DNA from: a virus
DNA length: 64,000 nt
Virus record (IMG/VR): IMGVR_UViG_3300027734_000056
Location: 10,061 to 74,060 of that record
Strand: one strand, 5' to 3'
Shown here: positions 58,048 to 64,000 of the stretch, one piece after another
Layout of the letters: the number at the start of each line of letters is the position of its first letter
Numbering within the stretch: position 1 is the first letter of the stretch
Notes under the pieces: model-generated
Database searches by the model: none
The model's input: only the letters and a program-made list of their open reading frames with translations
Told to the model about the DNA's origin: nothing
Made by a program: the position numbers and the translations under genes

Positions 58048-58791
58048 TTAAACTGCTTTTGCTTCGGCTTTAGCTTTTTTAGCTGCGCCGTCATAGTCTT
58101 TTACACTAATACCACGACGAGTTAAAAGAGTTTTCAAACCACGCTCAGTTTTATCAACTGCTGCTGCAATCTCTGCAACAGTCATTGTTGTAATTTTTGA
58201 ACCAAGAGCAGTAACTGGATCAACGGTATTCTTAGCATGGCTATCACGCTGTGCTGGAATCTTGTCAATCAAGTTTTTACGTGTTAAGCTGAGTGCTTTA
58301 CCACGAACAGAAGGAATTGTTTTACCTAATGTAACTGCAATTTCTTCAATATACTTACCAGCTTGAGCCATCTTAATAAAAGTAGCTTCTTCTGCTTCTG
58401 TGTAAGTACGAGCAACTTCAACCTTTTCAGCAGGCTTTACATCACCTGTCAACTCAAGAGCAAGCAATTTGCCTTGAATTTGTTTTGCGGAAAACTTACC
58501 GCCAGCAAAGCTTTCTGCAATTTCTTTATAAGTGTATTCACCACTGTTATTGGTAACAAACTTGTGAAGAGAACTGCTTTCTACTTCGGTAAAGGCAGAT
58601 ACTTTTTCTTTTGCCATAGAAGCAACTTCGCGGTCTAGTTGACGCAGTTTAGAAGCAACTGAACGAACTGTTACACCCAAGGCTTCGGCTGCTTGCTCAA
58701 CCTGCTCGACACTTACTGCGCCACTTTTACCAACAATACTGGTTAATTCGGCAACAGCTTCGTCAGACCACTTTTTAGCTTTTTCAGTCAT
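58048..58791 (-). CDS. D5: D5-like multi-HTH DNA-binding protein
   Basis: RSVASKLR, IQGKLL.LELT, SVRGKALSL and RGLKTLLTRRG..DYDG motifs; downstream of ligB as in T5. Confidence 0.88.
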   Translation of the reverse strand: MTEKAKKWSDEAVAELTSIVGKSGAVSVEQVEQAAEALGVTVRSVASKLRQLDREVASMAKEKVSAFTEVESSSLHKFVTNNSGEYTYKEIAESFAGGKFSAKQIQGKLLALELTGDVKPAEKVEVARTYTEAEEATFIKMAQAGKYIEEIAVTLGKTIPSVRGKALSLTRKNLIDKIPAQRDSHAKNTVDPVTALGSKITTMTVAEIAAAVDKTERGLKTLLTRRGISVKDYDGAAKKAKAEAKAV

Positions 58792-59542
58792 TTTTAATTT
58801 CTTTCAATAGAACATTTATATCGGTTATAATTTTGATTCCGTATTGAACGGCTTTTTCTCTTTTTGCTGACATTTTGTCTTCTTCGTCTATTAGATAGTC
58901 AGTTGATTTTGTAACTGAATCTACTAGAATGTAGCCTGCGGCTTTGAGCACACTCTCAGCGTCGGCTTTCTTTTTATAAGACTTTAATCTACCAGTAATG
59001 CAAACTTTTTTAGCGTTTGTGTCAACTATTTTTACAGTAGATTTGAATGAAAAAGGTAAAAACTCTTTCATTTCTGGATACTCTAGCTCTAACCAATCTA
59101 ATAAACTGGCTGTTGCCTTATCTCCAAGCCCTGCTTGCTTACAAGTATCTGCAGTAATTTCTTCAATTGAAGAAACCACTTTACATATCTTATCTGCTGC
59201 TGTAGCGCCTATTAAATGAATAGAGAAAGATGCAAGTACTGTGGCAAGGTCTGCCTGTTTAGCTCTTTCAATTTCATCTAATAGTTTTACTGCTGTTTTT
59301 TCTCCAAGAACTGCAGACACGTCTGGTAGCTCTAGATAGAATATTTCTGTTATATCTCTTAGATTTAACTTTTCTATAGTTTTAGGACCAAAGCCCTTTA
59401 TCTGTAACACTTTACAAAAATGTTCAAGTTTTTTACCAAGCTGTGCATCACAAGCTAAATTTCTACAAAACAGTTGTTCATTGACTGTTTCCAGCGTATA
59501 AGAACAGCAGGGACATTGAGTTGGTATAAAAATCTTTTGCAT
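58784..59542 (-). CDS. ligB: NAD-dependent DNA ligase, C-terminal subunit (Zn finger, HhH, BRCT)
   Basis: PTQCPCC...LFCRN..C, IKGFG, and BRCT VCITG...SVTK.TDYL. Confidence 0.9.
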   Translation of the reverse strand: MQKIFIPTQCPCCSYTLETVNEQLFCRNLACDAQLGKKLEHFCKVLQIKGFGPKTIEKLNLRDITEIFYLELPDVSAVLGEKTAVKLLDEIERAKQADLATVLASFSIHLIGATAADKICKVVSSIEEITADTCKQAGLGDKATASLLDWLELEYPEMKEFLPFSFKSTVKIVDTNAKKVCITGRLKSYKKKADAESVLKAAGYILVDSVTKSTDYLIDEEDKMSAKREKAVQYGIKIITDINVLLKEIKND

Positions 59543-59564
59543 TTTGTGTTCAGTTTAAGTGACT

Positions 59565-59593
59565 ATTATACATGAAAATAATATCTGTGACAA
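59565..59593 (-). promoter_or_regulatory. Sigma70-type promoter between the two ligase subunit genes
   Basis: TTGTCA-17 bp-TATAAT with an A tract upstream. Confidence 0.8.
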
Positions 59594-59626
59594 GCGTATT
59601 TTTTTCATGCCAGGGGCAAGGAAATA

Positions 59627-60586
59627 TTAAGCATCTACTTTATGTAGCACTTGAGGGATAATCATGCCAGCTAAAGCTATGGCAACAGTATCACCAATAC
59701 AAATTCCTAAACTTTCAATAAAACCTGGGTTATTTAAAGTTGCTCTAGTAATGACTTTATCTTCAATTTTTACTGGTTCTAGTATTGCTACTGGTGTTAC
59801 CTTACCGCTTTTGCCAACTTGCCATTCTACATCAATTAGTTTTGTTTCAACGGCTTGTTGACGTTCTTTTCTAGCATATGCGCCTCTTGGATGCTTTGCA
59901 GTATAACCAAGACTTTCAAATATTTTATTATCATTAATACGATAAACCAAACCATCACAAGGATAAATATTATGTAAGTCTTTTGCATATACAGTTTCAA
60001 ACCCAAAAGATTCTAAGTTAACCATGTCTTCATCAAAAGTTTTTGATAAACTTGGATAGACGCCATATGCATAAAAACTTATGCCTCTAGTACAAAAGTC
60101 TTCTAGGCTTTTTAAGTTTAAAGAACCAGCAGCGTAATTTCTGCTATTTGGTATCAGCTTAGGGGCTACAATTTCACCAGTTACTTGAAAAACATCTTTG
60201 CGTGAAACTTCTAGCGGCACTAAGTCTTTTCTAGCTATAAACTTATCTGTAATATCTGTGCCTTCGATGCCATTGCCACGAGTTAGAACTTGACAAAGCT
60301 TGCCATCTACATATAAAATGCTAATGGCAGCACCGTCAAGCTTAGGGGTAATAGCAATATCTTTTATATCTTTTAAAGGGGCTTCACCCTCATTTTCATA
60401 GTATTTTTGCAAAGAAAACATTTGGTTGAAATGTTTTTTGATGTTTTCATGTTGACGTGCGCCTACCTCGTTGTAGCCAATAGACTCTGCCAAACGATCA
60501 AAAGTTTCATCACTGATAAACGGGCTGCCTGCATAATATGCTAAAGCAGCCGAATCTAAGAATTGTTTAAGTTTATTCATTATCAA
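59627..60586 (-). CDS. ligA: NAD-dependent DNA ligase, adenylation/OB subunit
   Basis: YY.G...ISDE.FD, KLDG, LTRG.G..G.DIT, RNYAAG, DGLV, G.VTPVA and RATL.N motifs. Confidence 0.92.
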   Translation of the reverse strand: MIMNKLKQFLDSAALAYYAGSPFISDETFDRLAESIGYNEVGARQHENIKKHFNQMFSLQKYYENEGEAPLKDIKDIAITPKLDGAAISILYVDGKLCQVLTRGNGIEGTDITDKFIARKDLVPLEVSRKDVFQVTGEIVAPKLIPNSRNYAAGSLNLKSLEDFCTRGISFYAYGVYPSLSKTFDEDMVNLESFGFETVYAKDLHNIYPCDGLVYRINDNKIFESLGYTAKHPRGAYARKERQQAVETKLIDVEWQVGKSGKVTPVAILEPVKIEDKVITRATLNNPGFIESLGICIGDTVAIALAGMIIPQVLHKVDA

Positions 60587-61214
60587 TCAATTGTTGTACA
60601 AAATCACACATTAGTTCAGAGTGTACTTTGTTGTATAAAACTTTGTCCATTCCACCTTCAACAAACCACCATTCTTGGCTTTCTGGGTGACAACCAATCA
60701 TGCCAACATTGCCTTGAATGGCAGCCATGGCATCACCATTAGCGTATGTAGCTATAACTTCCATGTTGTTGCCGAGTATAGCACAACCATCATAAAAGTA
60801 CATACTATAAGGAACATTGTTCCAAGTTACATTAGCTACTGTTGGACCATCAGTTATAACATCTGCAGTTGGTTGAGCAATATACTGTTCTAATTCTAGA
60901 TCACTTACCACATTAAAGTAGTTTGGTCCTGACCAGTAAGCACCCATACATATACCAAAATATTTACCACCAACAGCAACGTAATTTTGAACAGCCTTGA
61001 TCTGCTCAGCGGTAAATACACTGTGAAAATCATCACTATCACCCATACCACCAGGAAATGCTAATACATCTACTGTGGCTAAAAAATCTGTGTGTAGGTC
61101 TTCAATGCCGATGGTTTTTACATTAAAATATTTGGAAAAAGACACAGCCATAGCCAAACCACACTCAGTTTCACACCAAGGATCGTGAATAAAAACTGCT
61201 ATTGTTGGTTTCAT
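60573..61214 (-). CDS. Class I glutamine amidotransferase-like (BPL_N-type) protein
   Basis: FPGG.G, GG.Y.GICMGAY (nucleophile Cys) and HPE (His-Glu); AAGGA upstream. Confidence 0.8.
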   Translation of the reverse strand: MKPTIAVFIHDPWCETECGLAMAVSFSKYFNVKTIGIEDLHTDFLATVDVLAFPGGMGDSDDFHSVFTAEQIKAVQNYVAVGGKYFGICMGAYWSGPNYFNVVSDLELEQYIAQPTADVITDGPTVANVTWNNVPYSMYFYDGCAILGNNMEVIATYANGDAMAAIQGNVGMIGCHPESQEWWFVEGGMDKVLYNKVHSELMCDFVQQLIDNE

Positions 61215-61238
61215 GATTATTCCTTTCTTTAAAAGAAT

Positions 61239-61267
61239 ATTATAGCATTATTAAGCAAACAAAACAA
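61239..61267 (-). promoter_or_regulatory. Sigma70-type promoter for the GATase-like gene and ligA
   Basis: TTGTTT-17 bp-TATAAT with extended -10 TG. Confidence 0.72.
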
Positions 61268-61269
61268 GT

Positions 61270-61557
61270 TTAATTTTCTTCAACTAATATTTTAGCGGCA
61301 TAATGGCGAATAATATCACTGCCTTCGGCTTCAGCACAAATGTCTAGTAATCCATCTAGCAAACCATATATGTTTTCTATAGTTGCTGGAATTGAAATAC
61401 CTTCACGACTGGCTTGCCAGTCGCCTTCGTAAGTTAAAAAGTATTTGCGTAGTTGAATATACTCTACGTCTTTAAATTCATTAACTACTAAACGAACTTG
61501 GAATCCTTTATCCATGTTTTCATCAATGATTTTATTATAGTGAATATTATCATCCAT
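61270..61557 (-). CDS. PC4/YdbC-like ssDNA-binding protein
   Basis: VRL.VNEFK..EYI.LRKY......W.....GIS pattern. Confidence 0.8.
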   Translation of the reverse strand: MDDNIHYNKIIDENMDKGFQVRLVVNEFKDVEYIQLRKYFLTYEGDWQASREGISIPATIENIYGLLDGLLDICAEAEGSDIIRHYAAKILVEEN

Positions 61558-62183
61558 TATACTCTTACTCCAAGTTCACGCAAGTGTTCTAGTGAGGCTA
61601 GTTCTTCTGCGGGTTGATAAGCCGACTGTTTCCATTTGTCTGCAAGAAGCCAAATGCGGTAAACCCAACCGTGTTTAGGGTGCGCTTGTTCTGTGTCAAT
61701 GCGTGCAGTAGAGTCATAGCGAGCAGAGTAAACTACTTCGCCAACTTTAAATCGTTCTCTTACTGCATCATCAGGAATAAGTTGAGGGGTAAAGTAAGTA
61801 TGCCCAGGCACCCTGATTGGAACAGCGTGTTGGTCTAGGATTGCTTTAACAAAGGCGGTTCCTCGATAAGTAGATTTTGAAATAGCATCTACTGGCTGAC
61901 CTTCTAGGTACTCTTGAATTACAAAAATCTTTTCGTCAAGGGTAGCTGGCTTGCCACGTAGTGCAGCTCTGCGTTGCGCATCGCGTTCACGTTTAGCTTT
62001 AAATTCTTCTAGGATTGTTCCAAGACGCGTGGTATTGTAAGCCATTCCAAGAATTTGGCAAGCGTCTTTTTTAGTAATAGGTTTTGCACCTACTTCTTTA
62101 GGCTCAAGCAAGCTAATAACGCGCAAAATATTAGCGTCAGTCATTAACTCTTGTTCTAGTTCGCTGCGTTTTTTAGTTGCCAT
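61557..62183 (-). CDS. Hypothetical DNA-binding protein (HTH-like)
   Basis: ITKKDAC.IL...YNTTRL motif and F.VGE.V.SARY C-terminal domain; AAGGA upstream. Confidence 0.7.
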   Translation of the reverse strand: MATKKRSELEQELMTDANILRVISLLEPKEVGAKPITKKDACQILGMAYNTTRLGTILEEFKAKRERDAQRRAALRGKPATLDEKIFVIQEYLEGQPVDAISKSTYRGTAFVKAILDQHAVPIRVPGHTYFTPQLIPDDAVRERFKVGEVVYSARYDSTARIDTEQAHPKHGWVYRIWLLADKWKQSAYQPAEELASLEHLRELGVRV

Positions 62184-62198
62184 TTTAATCCTTAAAAC

Positions 62199-62224
62199 AA
62201 AAAAGGCGGCATGAAGCCGCCTTT
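62199..62224 (-). terminator. Intrinsic terminator after D3
   Basis: GGCGGC/GCCGCC stem plus a U6 tract on the minus strand. Confidence 0.82.
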
Positions 62225-62226
62225 AA

Positions 62227-62586
62227 TTACTTAATTACAGACAAGAAGTAAACTGCTGCTTTACCAGTCAATTTAGACAAAATGTCTTCGTCAACTGGTT
62301 TGTTTGCGGATTCAATAGCTTCACGCAATTCAGCAATAGAGGTTTCTTTTGAAACACGCTTAGTGCCTTCGCCTTCTTTTTTCGTTGATGTTTTAGTAGA
62401 AGCACCAGCCTCTTTTTTAACATAAACGCCTGCTTGTACAAGAACCATACGAACTCCGTTAGGAGACATTTCGATTTCTTCTGCAATATCTTTGATAATT
62501 TCTGTTGATGTTTCTGGGGTTGGTTCTGCGCCTTCGTATTTTTCAATAACAGACGCTTTTAATTCATCAGTCCATGTTGATGCCAT
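62227..62586 (-). CDS. D3: D3-like protein
   Basis: WTDE, IAEE...SPNGVRM.L..AGVYVKK, RVSK and KLTGKAA.Y motifs. Confidence 0.82.
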   Translation of the reverse strand: MASTWTDELKASVIEKYEGAEPTPETSTEIIKDIAEEIEMSPNGVRMVLVQAGVYVKKEAGASTKTSTKKEGEGTKRVSKETSIAELREAIESANKPVDEDILSKLTGKAAVYFLSVIK

Positions 62587-62595
62587 TTTATTTCC

Positions 62596-62868
62596 TTATT
62601 CGTAGTCGGTTACTACATTGGTCATACGATTAGGTACGAACCTTCTGTAATTATGTTTGAGGTCAAATTGATTGTACAATTCTGTACGTTTGTTATAGAT
62701 TTCTTTTTCGAGTTCACTCAGTTGCTGAACAAAATCTGCATAAGAATCCATGCTCAATTCACTAATATCAATACCTTCAACGTGTTCAGTAGGGGTAACT
62801 AGCTCTACAATAGTACGCTGAGATACATCGCCGTTTGGCTTGGTATAAGTAAATTCTTTAATTTTCAT
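62596..62868 (-). CDS. Hypothetical protein (WYL-like features)
   Basis: F.YTK.NG..S.R...YR.F...R pattern; AAGGA upstream. Confidence 0.65.
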   Translation of the reverse strand: MKIKEFTYTKPNGDVSQRTIVELVTPTEHVEGIDISELSMDSYADFVQQLSELEKEIYNKRTELYNQFDLKHNYRRFVPNRMTNVVTDYE

Positions 62869-62894
62869 TGATGTTTTCCTTTGAATAAAGATAT

Positions 62895-62923
62895 ATTATA
62901 CACTATAACAAAACAATATTCAA
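62895..62923 (-). promoter_or_regulatory. Sigma70-type promoter
   Basis: TTGAAT-17 bp-TATAAT with an A/T tract upstream. Confidence 0.8.
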
Positions 62924-62933
62924 ATTTAAATTT

Positions 62934-63191
62934 TTAATCTTGGCTTATGTTCTTTAGCAAAGACTCACGAAACCTATCATTCATACTAGGTACTAATAGT
63001 GGAAGGATAATAAAAGGTGTCATAATCATAGTAACACAGAAAAATATAAAACAACTCAGTTTAAAATTATTAGTTAAAACATTGCTTACTGAGTTGTTTC
63101 TAGCTTTTAGCATTACTGGAATATACACATCAAACATACTATAAATTGAAGTTGTTAAGGCAATTAGCAAATACCATTCAAATATAGTCAT
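62934..63191 (-). CDS. Small two-TM membrane protein
   Basis: Two hydrophobic segments; TAATG coupling. Confidence 0.6.
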   Translation of the reverse strand: MTIFEWYLLIALTTSIYSMFDVYIPVMLKARNNSVSNVLTNNFKLSCFIFFCVTMIMTPFIILPLLVPSMNDRFRESLLKNISQD

Positions 63192-63379
63192 TAAGGTTTC
63201 CAGTTTACACGAGCAGCAATACTAAAATCTACTTTACCTTCTGGTAAGTTTGTTGCTCTTTTTGATAGAGCTTCTTGAATCTCTTTATTATTAGGATTTT
63301 GTTCAAGAAGCTGCTTTAACTTATTTACGCGAGTTGGCTGATACTGAGTATTAACTTTACTTTCCGCTACTTTTTTCAT
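63191..63379 (-). CDS. Small basic hypothetical protein
   Basis: 62 aa, packed in the operon. Confidence 0.55.
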   Translation of the reverse strand: MKKVAESKVNTQYQPTRVNKLKQLLEQNPNNKEIQEALSKRATNLPEGKVDFSIAARVNWKP

Positions 63380-63385
63380 TAGTGC

Positions 63386-63676
63386 TTACCACTCAAATGT
63401 GCGGATTTCGTCTTCGTCTTGCAAGAATTCTTCTTCCGCCTTACCTGCCTGAATGGTATCAACAGACTCTTGCATATTTTGCAAGACTTGGATAAGGACT
63501 TCTAGGTGGTTTGTTGACATAGGGATGCTGCGACCAACTGAATCGGTGATAACAAAGTCATCTTCGCCATTAAATTCAATTTGATTGTAGTACTGGTCAC
63601 CAGCATATTCAAAAAGACCTTCGTCTCCGTAATTGTCTGCGTCGTCGCTTTCTACTTGTCCAAAATAATATTTCAT
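63386..63676 (-). CDS. Small acidic hypothetical protein
   Basis: 96 aa, Asp/Glu-rich; AAGGA upstream; first gene behind a promoter. Confidence 0.7.
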   Translation of the reverse strand: MKYYFGQVESDDADNYGDEGLFEYAGDQYYNQIEFNGEDDFVITDSVGRSIPMSTNHLEVLIQVLQNMQESVDTIQAGKAEEEFLQDEDEIRTFEW

Positions 63677-63715
63677 TTGTTTCCTTTGGTTGGTTGGGGT
63701 TTATGGAAAGATTAT

Positions 63716-63744
63716 ATTATACTAAAGTTAACATAAAAGTTCAA
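63716..63744 (-). promoter_or_regulatory. Sigma70-type promoter
   Basis: TTGAAC-17 bp-TATAAT preceded by an A8 tract. Confidence 0.82.
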
Positions 63745-63762
63745 GATTATTTTTTTTGAATC

Positions 63763-63788
63763 AAAAAACCCAGCTAGGTAGCTGGGTT
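63763..63788 (-). terminator. Intrinsic terminator after the tRNA cluster
   Basis: AACCCAGCTA/TAGCTGGGTT stem plus a U tract on the minus strand. Confidence 0.8.
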
Positions 63789-63791
63789 GAG

Positions 63792-63868
63792 TGGTGCGCC
63801 GAACAGGACTTGAACCTGTGACCAACCGATTATGAGTCGGCTGCTCTGACCAACTGAGCTATCAGCGC
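63792..63868 (-). tRNA. tRNA with CAT anticodon, probably tRNA-Ile2 (lysidine-modified, reads AUA)
   Basis: GCGCTGA TA GCTC AGTTGGTCA GAGC A GCCGA CTCATAA TCGGT TGGTC ACAGG TTCAAGT CCTGT TCGGCGC ACCA. The CGACTCATAATCG arm matches bacterial Ile2; no initiator features. Confidence 0.9.
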
Positions 63869-63873
63869 GTGTT

Positions 63874-63948
63874 TGGTTGCCACGGACAGTTTCGAAATGT
63901 CGACCTATCGCTTATCAAGCGAGTGCTCTGCCTCTGAGCTACGCGGCA
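63874..63948 (-). tRNA. tRNA-Ile(GAT) with a non-canonical T arm
   Basis: TGCCGCG TA GCTC AGAGGCA GAGC A CTCGC TTGATAA GCGAT AGGTC GACAT TTCGAAA CTGTC CGTGGCA ACCA. Confidence 0.85.
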
Positions 63949-63949
63949 C

Positions 63950-64000
63950 TGGCGGAGAGTGTGGGAGTCGAACCCACTCACCCATTTCTGGATGACAGAT
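63950..64000 (-). tRNA. 3' half of a long-variable-arm tRNA, probably tRNA-Ser (truncated by the window)
   Basis: Variable arm CATCCAGAAATGGGTG, T arm GTGGG TTCGACT CCCAC, end CTCTCC-G-CCA. The anticodon is outside the window. Confidence 0.75.

Noticed and set aside
44432-63144. Short overlapping ORFs in the replication arm (e.g. 44512-44841, 48254-48691, 53453-53803, 62268-62546)
   Set aside because: They lie within well-supported genes and lack motifs, unlike the nested Rz1.
63792-63868. Initiator tRNA-fMet call for the CAT tRNA
   Set aside because: It has a paired G1-C72 and lacks the three consecutive G-C anticodon-stem pairs; the arm resembles Ile2. Elongator Met is not fully excluded.
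1-64000. Stop-codon reassignment
   Set aside because: Conserved genes are full length under the standard bacterial code; TAA, TAG and TGA all occur at sensible gene ends; no suppressor tRNA is seen.
1-64000. Prophage or bacterial chromosome context
   Set aside because: No integrase, repressor, att site or host housekeeping genes in the window; gene order follows lytic T5-like phages.

Overview
This window is part of a large, AT-rich, T5-like (Demerecviridae-related) siphophage genome with two converging arms. The + strand (1-43435) is the late arm: the 3' part of the major tail tube gene, a tail chaperone pair joined by a canonical -1 frameshift, a very long (~2720 aa) tape measure, tail-tip genes, an expanded ~14.8 kb set of tail-fibre, adaptor and receptor-binding genes, a cupin, a Cys-rich protein, a lysis cassette (GH19 endolysin, nested Rz/Rz1, holin) and phoH. 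The - strand (43482-64000) is the T5-type replication block: tRNAs, D3, PC4-like protein, a GATase-like gene, split NAD ligase, D5, DnaB-like helicase, primase, family A polymerase, D10-D15, dUTPase and class II RNR (nrdJ). Nine sigma70-type promoters with perfect TATAAT and 17-bp spacing are visible, along with several intrinsic terminators. The most interesting element is the fibre locus. It looks like a branched, modular adhesin system built from repeated N- and C-terminal docking motifs, and an identical 25-bp coding repeat shared by two fibre genes could allow in-frame module switching. All product calls come from motif recognition and synteny; no database searches were run.
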